A stretch of DNA of 64,000 nucleotides, from contig OZ025676.1 of NCBI GenBank assembly GCA_964019335.1, positions 62,001 to 126,000 on the forward strand. Direction: 5' to 3'. Positions 29,446 to 39,666 of the stretch are shown here, piece by piece. The notes under the pieces were generated by a model. It did no database searches. It saw nothing but the letters and a program-made list of their open reading frames with translations, and was not told where the DNA came from. This DNA is from Diplonema japonicum (taxonomy: Eukaryota > Protista > Euglenozoa: Diplonemea). Made by a program: the position numbers and the translations under genes. Positions within the stretch are counted from its first letter, which is position 1; every line of letters begins with the position of its first letter.

Positions 29446-32400
29446 CTACATACTCAGCAGCGGTGTAAACATAAGAGATTCAGCAGAAGGCCGATTCTCA
29501 GAAAGCTCCTGGTGTGAATAATGAACCAAAAAAAGAGAAGAAGGAAAAATACCTGCAGGCATGCAGCGACAAAGTTAGCTGCATGATTGGAGTGGAGCTC
29601 GGGGACAACAGGTCGGAAGGTCACATCGTTGGCGATCGCCTTCAGCAGCTGCGTATTGCTTTGTATTTCACCCTGGTAGGGAGACTCTGATGACAGCAGC
29701 CGCATGGCCAAGATACCGACGCCTAAGGTGTTTAGCCAACAACAGCGTAAAGACACATACTCCATATATCGCTAGCCTTCTCAGCCGCGCCTCTACATGC
29801 TTCTGGTGCCATATACATGGGTGTGCCTTGTATGTTTGGTTTTTCTAAGAGTTTTGCGAGGTTTAGAGAGGCACCGAAATCGCTTAGCTTGCACTGCCCG
29901 TCTGGTAACAGGAGCACGTTGTGGGGTTTGATGTCCCTGTGGATGATGTGCTGTTCGTGTAGGTAGTTCAGCCCGCGTACAATGTCCTTCAGGTACCTGC
30001 TCGCCGACGACAGGCTGAGGACGCCAAACTGGTCCAGAATGCTCGCCAGCGACCCGCCACTCATGTATTCCATGGCGATACACAGGTACGACCCTGTCAC
30101 CACGCTGCTGTAGTACGACACGATGTTGTCGTGCCTGAAGATTGATAGGAGGCCCACCTCGGAGACCATCTCTCCAACGTCATTTTGAGCGTCGTATGCC
30201 TTGACCTTCTTCACCCGTATCCGCTGTAAATTCAACCCATTGACCTTGTCAGATATTTTCACCACCTTAAGAGCTGCCATCGACCCGTTGTCCCCAATGG
30301 CGAGGAACACCTCCCCCACGGCCCCCTTCCCCAGCGACTTCTCCGAACGCCACCACAGGTTCCCCGCAGTGTCTCGCAGCTCGTAAGGCGGACCTGTTGT
30401 CTCGTCGTTCGCTATCCCTGTCTGCGCCCACTTGTCCCTCGCTCCGAACACATATTCTATATAACTACCCTTGCTTCTATACGAACTCAAGCTCCCCCTG
30501 CTGCTATGCCTGCTAGGGGACGAGCACACCGAGATTCTGCTTATGATTCTCTGCGACCGCGACGGCATTAACGCAGATTTCGTGTGCGGGTGCGTGATGG
30601 GGTGCAGCCCCTTTAAGGGCAATTGGAATGCAAGACGCTCAAGGTCATCCCACCGCAGCTGCCTCCTGTAGTACGGCTTGGGCAGACAGCAAGATACCTG
30701 CTTGCAACACATAGAGCTCAGTCGTAGCAGCCTCTTCGCGTGCTGGATGGACGACCCATCGTTTGCGTCAATGAACTTCTGCAGCTTCTCTATGCACTGG
30801 ACGAACTGGTGCACTCGGAATCTAGCGAAGGCTTCGATGTAAAGCTCGGGGTACTCTTCGGTTCTGATGCTCTTCCTCACGCCAATTAACGTGTACACGA
30901 GGCACGTGAAGCTTATGGCTGACCTCGCTGCCCGATAGTTGTCTATGTCTTCTTCCGTGTCGAATTCGCAGATGACGTCATCTAAGGGCTCTGTTGGGGG
31001 GACGATGCAGTCCACAAGTTTCATCTCCATCTGCAAGTGCACGTGATCGTACACCTGCTCGTTGACTGTGATCCTCGACTCTATGCGCATCCCAAGCTTC
31101 GCAAGGCTGCTTGCCATCTCAGGCAGCTCCCCAGCAATGGTTGCCTTATCATTCATGTTCTGAATCATGACAACATTCCCCGATACAAGGCCTAGAGACC
31201 ACTTGATCGGCACATCACGGAACAACGACGAGAGCTGCGCCTGAATGTCGATGGCCGCCTGGCAACCAGGTAGTGTGTGTTGAGGGAGCTGCTTATGACA
31301 ATTCCATTCACACATGATACTGTTCATCCCCATATTCACCACCATGCCCTCAAAGTGTTTCACGACATCAAGCACAATCCTCACGAATGACATCGCCAAC
31401 TGGACGTGCTGGTCAATAAATACAGTGTTCGCACGCAACAAGTCTGCTAGGACATGCATCACGGTTGCCTTCTGCACCTTTAAAGTTGTTTGCACGCTGC
31501 TCCCGAGCTGTCTCACTGACCTAAAAGAAGCAGTGGGTGACTTTATTGACCCTGTTTTAAAGGACCCTGACAAAAGAGAAGAAGAGGACCTTGGACACTT
31601 GTCAAGTTTGAATACAGGCAGATCGTCGGTTGAGCTGTTGTTGTCGATTGACGAGCGTCCTTTTGGCGACACATCCTCCGTGCTGTTGTTGCTGTCGGTC
31701 TCTACTTGCCTTTGATACTCAGCGTCGAAGGCAGCGATGACGGAGCAGCATTCCGCCAAAACAGGCGAGTACGACGTGTACCGTGGGATAAGCTTCTTGT
31801 CAGCGATATTTAAAACATGACCGAGCTCCGATTTTATGAAGAACATGCTACCGCAAATAACAAGCACAGAAAACAACGATAGAAAGACAGTTACGAGGAC
31901 TGTGGTGATGACAACGTAGCGCTGATCGTCAATGGCATCAAAAGTAGCTTGGATGTACCGAAACGGCGGGGGCACTGGGAGGGTACAGAGTGTACCGGAG
32001 CCAGAGGAGTTTGGGAGGGCGCCTGGTGTGGCGATAGAGGTATTTGAGAAGCCCGACCACACTACAATCCCGTAGCCTTCTGGGAGCGATGCTTCCACGG
32101 TACTTTGCAGGGATGTTACGTTGACCAGTACTTGGAAGGCAACAGTTCTGTAAAAAAAGAAATCGGTGGATGAGGTTGTGGGCAGCCAGCCTAACCGGCT
32201 GAGGGGTAGCACCGCTTCTGTAGGTGAAAGGTGCTTGACAAGAGCACCGTCTGACTGTGTGTAGCCCGCGATGAAGGCCCCATCCCTGAGCTCATAAAGC
32301 ATCGCTATCAAGGTTGTCTGGAGGGGTGCATTGGTGCCATGGACGTTCACTGCTTCCTCAACCTCGTGCAGTGCGTGGTGAAGCATGCCCCACACCCGTA

Positions 32401-32554
32401 AGGTGCCCACCTTGCATATCCGTGCATGTGTCTCGTCCACCTCGTCCACTGTCTTTAAAACACCGGCACTTGCTACACTACATACCACCACGCACACAAT
32501 AGCAGGTACTGCAGCCAGCCACAGGAAAGGGATTCTCATAACACTGACTACCAA
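29446..32554 (-). CDS. Receptor-type protein: 2 TM + degenerate class III cyclase-like domain + STE11/MAP3K-like kinase; 3 exons
   Basis: LGKGAVGEV, HRDIKPHN, DFG, GTPMYMAPE; introns 29723-29760 (38 nt) and 29509-29552 (44 nt) restore DIWSVG...RPSAESL. Confidence 0.88.
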
Positions 32555-32708
32555 TGCATCTCAGCATGTTCGTTCCCACTCACTCCCTTTTCTTCTTCTT
32601 TTTCTTTTTTTTTCCTTTTGAAAGATGTTGCGGTGTTATTTTTAAATCTATTACTACGAGAAGAAGAAGAATAGAAACAGACATATTTACCAACCTATCC
32701 GACCATCA

Positions 32709-33251
32709 TCACGAACTGCGCGCCTGGCGGCACCGCACAGGTGGGGTCGGGTACGTTTTACTGCTGGGACCTAGTATTGTAAGGTGTAAAATAGCCTCAG
32801 GAGGGATGTTGTTTTCCTGCAAGGTGCCCGATACAAGGGTGCTGCCGAGGTAAGAAAGGCACTGGTTGGAGGTGGGAGGGCGCAGGGGGCTAGTTTTGTT
32901 ATGCGAAACAAGCTCTTTAACATAGTCGACAGTGTCCGACGGGCGGCACACGAACTCGAGCGTTGTGCAGGGAAAAGCACGGTTCCCAGGGAGGAGCTTA
33001 ATATAAATATAGTGTGCCGCATCATCCTGTGCTTCGGAGCGCTTCCCGTTTTTATTGTTTTCCATATCCATGCACAAGAACCGCCAGTCTACCGCCTCCA
33101 TCTCCACCACTAGCCTCCTCCCGCTGCTCTCTGAGCCTTCCAACCCACCCAGCAGTGCATTTAACCTCCTTGCCTGCTCCACCTTTTCATCCTCTAACAA
33201 CGTATCACTCACAGGGCTCTCCACCTTCGGTGGCTCCGCTGTCTTCCCCAT
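32709..33251 (-). CDS. Protein with C-terminal ubiquitin-like domain
   Basis: CRPSDTVDYVKELV...QCLSYLGSTL...TLQENNIPPEAILHL. Confidence 0.75.
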   Translation of the reverse strand: MGKTAEPPKVESPVSDTLLEDEKVEQARRLNALLGGLEGSESSGRRLVVEMEAVDWRFLCMDMENNKNGKRSEAQDDAAHYIYIKLLPGNRAFPCTTLEFVCRPSDTVDYVKELVSHNKTSPLRPPTSNQCLSYLGSTLVSGTLQENNIPPEAILHLTILGPSSKTYPTPPVRCRQARSS

Positions 33252-33458
33252 CTCCCTGTGGCAAACGTAGACAGAGCAAAGAAGAAGAAGAAAAAAAGAA
33301 GATAAGGCAAAGGGCTAGAAGGACGCCAAGGGTTAGAGGGAAAAGCTTTGGAAACGGGAGGTCCCTCCCCCCGTCAAGACAAGCCAAGTAAAGACCCAAA
33401 CCGTCGGTGACGGTTAAGCTAGCCAAAGAAAAGTAAGTTATTTCAAACTGGGGCCCGT

Positions 33459-34988
33459 TCAATGTCCCGGAGGAGGCGCGCCGAACTTCGCAGTGTGATA
33501 AGCTACGTAGTAGGGGCTGAGTGTTGGGTTCGAGGGCGAGATGTACGCCTCACACGTGTAACACCAGAACGAGAGGTCGATGAACCCGCAGACTATGTTG
33601 TGGCCGGTGGTTTCATGGTGGCTCAGCATGTGCTGGTTGACGTGGCGCCCACAATGCACCTCGTGACAAATGAGACACATCATGTTCTCACCAATGTTGC
33701 CACAGCACCCACAGGGCGCTTTCGGGTCTACCGTCATGCCTGCCGGGCTACGGATCTCCTTCAAATGCTCACAACTCGAAATCGGAGCGACGGCAAACCA
33801 TGAGCTGTAGTCCGTTTCGTCAACAAAGTCCTGCTCCTTTCGCTTCATGCCTGTCGAGGCGCCCCCGTTGCCAGGTTTGATGTCGCCGATATTCTTCACT
33901 TTCCCCTCACGCTGTGTGACGCTCCACACACTGCTGCGAAGAGGATCGAACTCCATCGAGTAGTACACAGGCTCCTCTTTCACTTCTAGATGCGCAACCG
34001 GTTCACCGTAATGCCCGTAGAACTCTACATCTACAACAGAAGAACGTTCTGCCCTATAGATCACAGACACACCAGTGCTCGTCTTGCCACCAACCGTTGT
34101 CGACTTGACAAGCGTCATGGGTACTTCTTCCTCGTCCAAACCGCACACAGCAGTCCCATCTGCATCTTGCCACACCGCCACTGTCCTGCGCAACACGAAT
34201 GGTGGTATTTCCAAGGCGAGTGTTTTCATTACCTGCGTCAAAACGTCGTTCACAGGTGCGTGGATTCTCAGGTCAGTTTCGCTATCAAGTGGTGTCCTCT
34301 GCAGGTTTACTATCACGAGCTTCCCGCCTCTTCTTTTTGTCTCGAGAGGCATGTCGCAAGCGGGCGACACGGTGAGGCTCGAGCCCAGCACAATGTGTAG
34401 ATCCGACTCGCGTGAGTGCTGGAACCCAGAGTCAATAACACTAGTGGGAAGGTTCTCCCCGAAGTGGATAATGGTGTCCTCCAAGGCACCGTCGCAGCCA
34501 GCAGCGATGCATTGCCGTCCCGTCAAGTGGTTCGCTAGACCGGCACCGACGCTGAAGTCACGCAGATACTCCCGCTTGCACTTGTTGCAGTACTCAATGT
34601 TCGAGTTCCCGTGCAGCTCGGAAATGTCCTTCTTTGGGATACCGCTCTTCCTGTGCAGTCCATCTACATTAGGGGAGATGACGTGGTGCAGAAGGCCTGC
34701 CTTCATCAACTGCACAAGGGACATGTGAGTTGCTGTTGGGACTGCCTTCATCATGTCCATCTTCTTGATTTTGTCTTGCTCCCCTTTCGCAGACAAGGTC
34801 CACACACCCTCAGGCCCCCTGTAGTCTGGGATACCTGCTGCCGTACTGATCCCAGCACCTGTGAACACGGTGACCTTCTTCGCAGTCTTAATCATGTCGG
34901 CCAGTGTATCGCTCTTCTCCACTACCACCTTTGGTTCCTCATGCAACTCCTCGGCCATCTTCTCATCCTTGTGCGCTGTCCACGACAT
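33459..34988 (-). CDS. Class IV (SIRT6/7-like) sirtuin fused to a C-terminal ZnF-UBP (BUZ) domain
   Basis: GAGISTAAGIPDYRGPEGVWT, NVDGLH, ELHGN, FGENLP, GSSLTV, VNLQ; C-terminal CEH...CGCC...CLIC...CGRHVNQHMLSHH...WCYTC. Confidence 0.92.
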   Translation of the reverse strand: MSWTAHKDEKMAEELHEEPKVVVEKSDTLADMIKTAKKVTVFTGAGISTAAGIPDYRGPEGVWTLSAKGEQDKIKKMDMMKAVPTATHMSLVQLMKAGLLHHVISPNVDGLHRKSGIPKKDISELHGNSNIEYCNKCKREYLRDFSVGAGLANHLTGRQCIAAGCDGALEDTIIHFGENLPTSVIDSGFQHSRESDLHIVLGSSLTVSPACDMPLETKRRGGKLVIVNLQRTPLDSETDLRIHAPVNDVLTQVMKTLALEIPPFVLRRTVAVWQDADGTAVCGLDEEEVPMTLVKSTTVGGKTSTGVSVIYRAERSSVVDVEFYGHYGEPVAHLEVKEEPVYYSMEFDPLRSSVWSVTQREGKVKNIGDIKPGNGGASTGMKRKEQDFVDETDYSSWFAVAPISSCEHLKEIRSPAGMTVDPKAPCGCCGNIGENMMCLICHEVHCGRHVNQHMLSHHETTGHNIVCGFIDLSFWCYTCEAYISPSNPTLSPYYVAYHTAKFGAPPPGH

Positions 34989-35962
34989 GTTGCGATTGAA
35001 CTGTAGAAGGTGATCGACATGAAGGTGTAATTAAAATAATTTTCCTTATCGGAGGCCGCACTGGCGGCTTCTAGCTCTTCTGAGACGGCCTCTTCGATGG
35101 CGGGCTCCTCGGCAGCCGACATACCCAACACAATGCTGCACCGCTTCCGGAAGGAAGGGCGCACTGAGTGCAGCAGTCCATCGTTGGTGATCTCTAAAGC
35201 CCGCTTGTTCATTGCTTCCAGCGATTCTACGTCCCGCACGATGCCCCCTTTGAAGGTGACGTTGTAGACGGCAGTGAAGAGCTTGAGGGGGAGGACACCG
35301 CTGCACTCGGGATCGCATTTGGAGAAGTTTGCATGGAGGAGTGCTGAGCGGTATTCTGTGAAGCACTTGACTTGTGAGTGGTAGAGAACGAACTCAGAAA
35401 GGCAGATGAGGTCGTCGTTCTCAGCATTGCACCACACGAGGATCTGCTGCAACCTGGGCTGGTCAAGGGGCGTGTCTGTGAGGTCGGTAAGCACATCGTG
35501 GAAGTCCTTAGCAATGACAGAGAGGGACAATGCCAGAAGCATTGCAACAGCACCTGCCACGACGAGCAAAGCCTGTAAGCTTTCCATCCTGCCGCAAGCA
35601 TCTTGATCGCCGTAACTCCGTCCTGGGCTGCACAAATCGTACACCGTGAACATGTCATCAACACGTAACATAAAGTACGTCTGGAAGGTGAACAGCATCC
35701 ACAAGCACAGCAGGCAAAAGAACCTCACCAGCCGCTCGTTCCGAAGCTTTCCCGCAGCCACCCCCACACACCCGGTCACAAGACCGATGCCAAAACACCC
35801 CACTGTCTCCGGCTGCTTCACCACCACCCACCCTGGATCCCGTAGTATTACACATCCAAGAGCAAACGGGAGAAAACTGAACACGCTGACCGCCACACCG
35901 CTCCGTGCCTGCCACCGTGCAAGTCTTATCAAGCGCTTTTCCTCACCTTCGCCGGTTGTCAT
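34922..35962 (-). CDS. Four-TM membrane protein with degenerate EF-hands; true 3' end uncertain
   Basis: Four hydrophobic helices; CNAENDDLICLSEF and CDPECSGVLPLKLF EF-like loops; ORF overlaps the sirtuin start by 67 nt. Confidence 0.7.
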   Translation of the reverse strand: MTTGEGEEKRLIRLARWQARSGVAVSVFSFLPFALGCVILRDPGWVVVKQPETVGCFGIGLVTGCVGVAAGKLRNERLVRFFCLLCLWMLFTFQTYFMLRVDDMFTVYDLCSPGRSYGDQDACGRMESLQALLVVAGAVAMLLALSLSVIAKDFHDVLTDLTDTPLDQPRLQQILVWCNAENDDLICLSEFVLYHSQVKCFTEYRSALLHANFSKCDPECSGVLPLKLFTAVYNVTFKGGIVRDVESLEAMNKRALEITNDGLLHSVRPSFRKRCSIVLGMSAAEEPAIEEAVSEELEAASAASDKENYFNYTFMSITFYSSIATCRGQRTRMRRWPRSCMRNQRW

Positions 35963-36134
35963 GTTTCATGTTGAGGCGACCTGAGATGCTGCGAAAAAAA
36001 ACAAGTGCAAGACAACTTGAAAGCATCAAACTGCTTTTCACTGCACCCTTCACTATTCAGAGTCGGGTTGTGATGGAGAGACATGTATTCTAGTTAGGGT
36101 TAAATGAGGGAATTTCGAGAACTAAAACTGAGGG

Positions 36135-39100
36135 TCAGGGGCCCTCCTCAGAGAGGGGGTTTTTCACAGCACCCTTGGTGCGCGGGGGGGCTGAATGGTA
36201 TCTGACAGAGAACGGTTCTACAGTTGAGAAGGGGCTCTCGTTGTTCTCATCTGTCCCTGACGAGGAGTCACTACTCACATCAACAATGTTGGCCTGAAAA
36301 AACAGTGACTCATTTAAAGCACAGGCACATACCTCTTTAGTCAACTCTTTGGTGTAGTAGTGCATATTGACGAGCTTGCTGCTCAGCGCATGCTTGCTCC
36401 AGTCTCGTTTTTCTCCGATGCCCTCCCGCCCACACAGCACCGCGTGTATCTCTTCTACCCTCTCTTCCACAGGTACTTCTATTGTTGCAAAGGAACTTAT
36501 TTTCCTTTTCCAGTGATGGTGGTACTCTAGCAGTTCTATCCATAACAGGCTCTCGTTCACTTTCAGCTGCATCGACGGGATGCTTATAAGGAGCCTCTCG
36601 TAGATGGTGACGGTGCCCCAGTCGCCCAGCTCTCTTTTCATGTATGACCTAATACCTTCAATTTTATATCGTGCCCCTCCGCCTATCTCCACAACAGGAA
36701 GGTCCGTCTTCAGCCTTGTCGTCACCACCGATCGGGGTTTCGCTGCGTACTCCAACTGCAATAGAACGATTGCTGCATCCACGACCTCTTTTGGCGTGCC
36801 TCGTTCGAGTTGGTAGAATATGGTTACGTACTCTTTCCAGAAGAGCCTTGGGTTTCTGCGGAGGTGGTTGCTTTTGTTTTGGCATCGTGTGAATTGATAG
36901 GCGGCTTCTCGGATCAACGCAAAGGACGACACCCTGCTCCACAGCGAAGGCGGGGGGAGGGAGATTGTGGGGTCGTGGCGTGCCTTAGCCAGGAACGGGC
37001 GTGAGTCCCAGTTGGAGGCTTTCACCTCTGAGAAGGCGTCGTTCAAAACGGCGATGACCATGTTGAAAAGTAGCACCACGCACACGACAACGAACACAAA
37101 GAAGAAGAACGGTGAGAATGTCCTTCGCTGCTCCCTCAGCGACAGGTAATCGACATCATTCACGAGCGCACGGCCGAGGGACGAGAAGGTCGAACCCAGG
37201 TCGCGGTATTCCAAGAGAACGTGGCCGTAGACTATATGAGCACAGAGACCAAAGGCAACGAAAAGGATCACAAAAATGACTACTATGTTAACGAGATCCC
37301 TCGAAGCAGCACCGAGCGTCCTGATCAGCATGTTCATACTGTTGTTGAGCTTCAGGAAGTAAAAGACCCTTGAATAGGTGAGCAGGGCGTTGATGGCGTC
37401 CAAAGAAGACATGATGTGCACCAAGCTGGACAGGCTGTCATACTCGCTTGGGTAGTAATCCAAGCATGTCACGCTGCTCCCGGTGATGCCCCGCCGCATG
37501 TACTCGAAACGTATCGAAGTTGTGAGAAGGAACACACAGTAATTCACCATGTCGTAAACGGACCAAGGGTTATCCCTCATCACGTCAACGAGGGCACCCA
37601 AGATGGCTCGAATGCCCGACTTTCCGCTTCGATGCAAACGCCTCCTCACCTTGACGAAGATGCGCCCGACGAACCATAGCATGAACATGAACAGAAGCAT
37701 GAAGTACAAAATAAGCCCGATAGACCACACCACGGAGTGGATTTTCCATTCGAAGAGCTGGAAGGGCCGCGTGATGCGTGTGGGTACTAATGAGCCGCCT
37801 GCGGTGAACTCAACCCCGTATTCGAACTTTGTAAAAAGCCTGATATTCGCATTGTAAGTGATGAATGTCACGATGAGCGCTCTGGTCCTGTCATCTATCC
37901 AGCTTGTCTCTTTTAACTTGCGGAGCTCACGTCGAGCGTCATTGACATGTGAACTGAACGGGATTACAAGAGCATAGCCACCACAGGAGTAGCTCTCAAA
38001 CCACCCAACGGCCTTCCCTGTGTAGGACCCCATCTGGGAACCGTTCAGCACGTTGCACGATCTGTATCGCCAGGGTTCTTCGTTCACGTCAATCGGTGAC
38101 GACAAGCCGCTGTTGTTCCACACCCTCAAGGCACCGTTGCTGCCCACTACAGTTAGCTGTGATTTGTCCTCGTTGCCTGTGCTCCATTCTGGATAGCACT
38201 CGAAAGCCCTCAGCTCCTTCAGCCTCTCCTCGTAGGTCATCCCGCCGTTGAAGCACACGTCGTTGTTCTTTTCGTACATCGCGCTCGCCGTGCACTGCCT
38301 CGAGTCATCCAGCTGCACCCTCTTTTGTCGGAACTTCAACGCCCCTATAGGTACATTCGAAAACTGCAAAGCGTCAGATCCCGTTCCTTCGTTCCAGAAC
38401 CCCCCTACGAGGGGGCCCTCGACCCACTGCCACATTTCCTCTTTTGACATGATGTCGAAGTAGTCCTTTTTGAAATAAGAACCCTCGCTGTTGTTGCTGA
38501 AGTACTCCTCATCCAGGAACAGATCGTTCAAGCTATACGACACCCAAAAGCTGCTCTGCAGCCCTCTGTCGGATATGAGGAAAAAAGTGAACATCGAAAG
38601 AAACACAAGGTAGACCACCAGCCCGATGTGGTCGTTTGCCTTCTTGTTCTGGTTAGCCGCGAAGGTGATTGGGAAAGAGGACTCGATGCCATTCTCAGGC
38701 TCCAGTGTGCAGTAGCGGAGGAAGAGCTGTGTGTCGACAGTGGGGGGTGTGGAGCCTGTGCTGTCTGCGATATCTGCTACGAGAGAGATCTGCCTGTCGC
38801 TGAGGTCGAGGCCCGCTTCTGTACAGTTCTCAGTGAACATTTCCTTCGGGATGTGGTCCTTGCCTTTCCACTTGTTCTGCAGTTCTTTGTAAGCATCGGA
38901 AGTGACGTTGAGCCCCATGGCCCGCAGCATAGCGTTCTCCGTCTCAGCAAGCACATCATTCCACACGTCGCGTTTCCAGCGTTTGACGGGAGCATTCGAC
39001 TTGCCCACAGATCTGGGGGCTTCTCGCATCTTCTTAGAGGTGGACAGTGGGGCATTAACAAAGTGCTTCAGCTCTTCAGTAGAGACTCGCTTATTGTTAT

Positions 39101-39578
39101 CAAAGTCGAAGAAGGAGAACATCTTGTGCAGCATGGTGTCGATGGCAGTGTTTCTATCCATGGCGTCTGGGACGTTGGGCACAAGGGTGAGAAGCTCGGC
39201 TGAGTCCGTAGCGCTTGGGTCAAACACGTCACGGAACAATGTTGAGAAGCCAGGCAAGTCCAGCGACGGTTTGTCCCGAAAGTAGCTGAGGAACCTCCCA
39301 CGCCGCTGCTGCACTGCTGACAATGCTTTCACTAGTGAGTAGTGCGGTGTCTCCATGTCATGCCCTGTCACGGCACGAACTGCCCGCCCCCGGCTCCGCC
39401 CCAACTCGTTGTTCGCCCCCTCCATTGCCCTTATGTCACTGCTTCGCACTCCCCTCGTTGCCGTCCCGTCTCTCCATAGCACGTCCCACTTCCCATCACC
39501 CCTCGCGTCCGACATCACCAGTGCTTTGTACCATCGGTTATCGAACCTGGCTTCCACAAATTCACCCCAACGCCACAT
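36135..39578 (-). CDS. Polycystin-2 (TRPP/PKD2-family) cation channel with N-terminal Tudor-like and EF-hand domains
   Basis: WIDDRTRALIVTFITYNANIRLF (polycystin domain), LLFNMVIAVLNDAF (S6), FDFDNNKRVSTEEL (EF-hand); probable in-frame 39-nt intron 36294-36332. Confidence 0.92.
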   Translation of the reverse strand: MWRWGEFVEARFDNRWYKALVMSDARGDGKWDVLWRDGTATRGVRSSDIRAMEGANNELGRSRGRAVRAVTGHDMETPHYSLVKALSAVQQRRGRFLSYFRDKPSLDLPGFSTLFRDVFDPSATDSAELLTLVPNVPDAMDRNTAIDTMLHKMFSFFDFDNNKRVSTEELKHFVNAPLSTSKKMREAPRSVGKSNAPVKRWKRDVWNDVLAETENAMLRAMGLNVTSDAYKELQNKWKGKDHIPKEMFTENCTEAGLDLSDRQISLVADIADSTGSTPPTVDTQLFLRYCTLEPENGIESSFPITFAANQNKKANDHIGLVVYLVFLSMFTFFLISDRGLQSSFWVSYSLNDLFLDEEYFSNNSEGSYFKKDYFDIMSKEEMWQWVEGPLVGGFWNEGTGSDALQFSNVPIGALKFRQKRVQLDDSRQCTASAMYEKNNDVCFNGGMTYEERLKELRAFECYPEWSTGNEDKSQLTVVGSNGALRVWNNSGLSSPIDVNEEPWRYRSCNVLNGSQMGSYTGKAVGWFESYSCGGYALVIPFSSHVNDARRELRKLKETSWIDDRTRALIVTFITYNANIRLFTKFEYGVEFTAGGSLVPTRITRPFQLFEWKIHSVVWSIGLILYFMLLFMFMLWFVGRIFVKVRRRLHRSGKSGIRAILGALVDVMRDNPWSVYDMVNYCVFLLTTSIRFEYMRRGITGSSVTCLDYYPSEYDSLSSLVHIMSSLDAINALLTYSRVFYFLKLNNSMNMLIRTLGAASRDLVNIVVIFVILFVAFGLCAHIVYGHVLLEYRDLGSTFSSLGRALVNDVDYLSLREQRRTFSPFFFFVFVVVCVVLLFNMVIAVLNDAFSEVKASNWDSRPFLAKARHDPTISLPPPSLWSRVSSFALIREAAYQFTRCQNKSNHLRRNPRLFWKEYVTIFYQLERGTPKEVVDAAIVLLQLEYAAKPRSVVTTRLKTDLPVVEIGGGARYKIEGIRSYMKRELGDWGTVTIYERLLISIPSMQLKVNESLLWIELLEYHHHWKRKISSFATIEVPVEERVEEIHAVLCGREGIGEKRDWSKHALSSKLVNMHYYTKELTKEVCACALNESLFFQANIVDVSSDSSSGTDENNESPFSTVEPFSVRYHSAPPRTKGAVKNPLSEEGP

Positions 39579-39666
39579 GGTTCATTTCTGCGCATCCTAA
39601 GTGAGGGTTGTGGTGAAAGTATGAAATGGAAAATGCTCATGCTTAAATACTTCAAAAACAATGATG

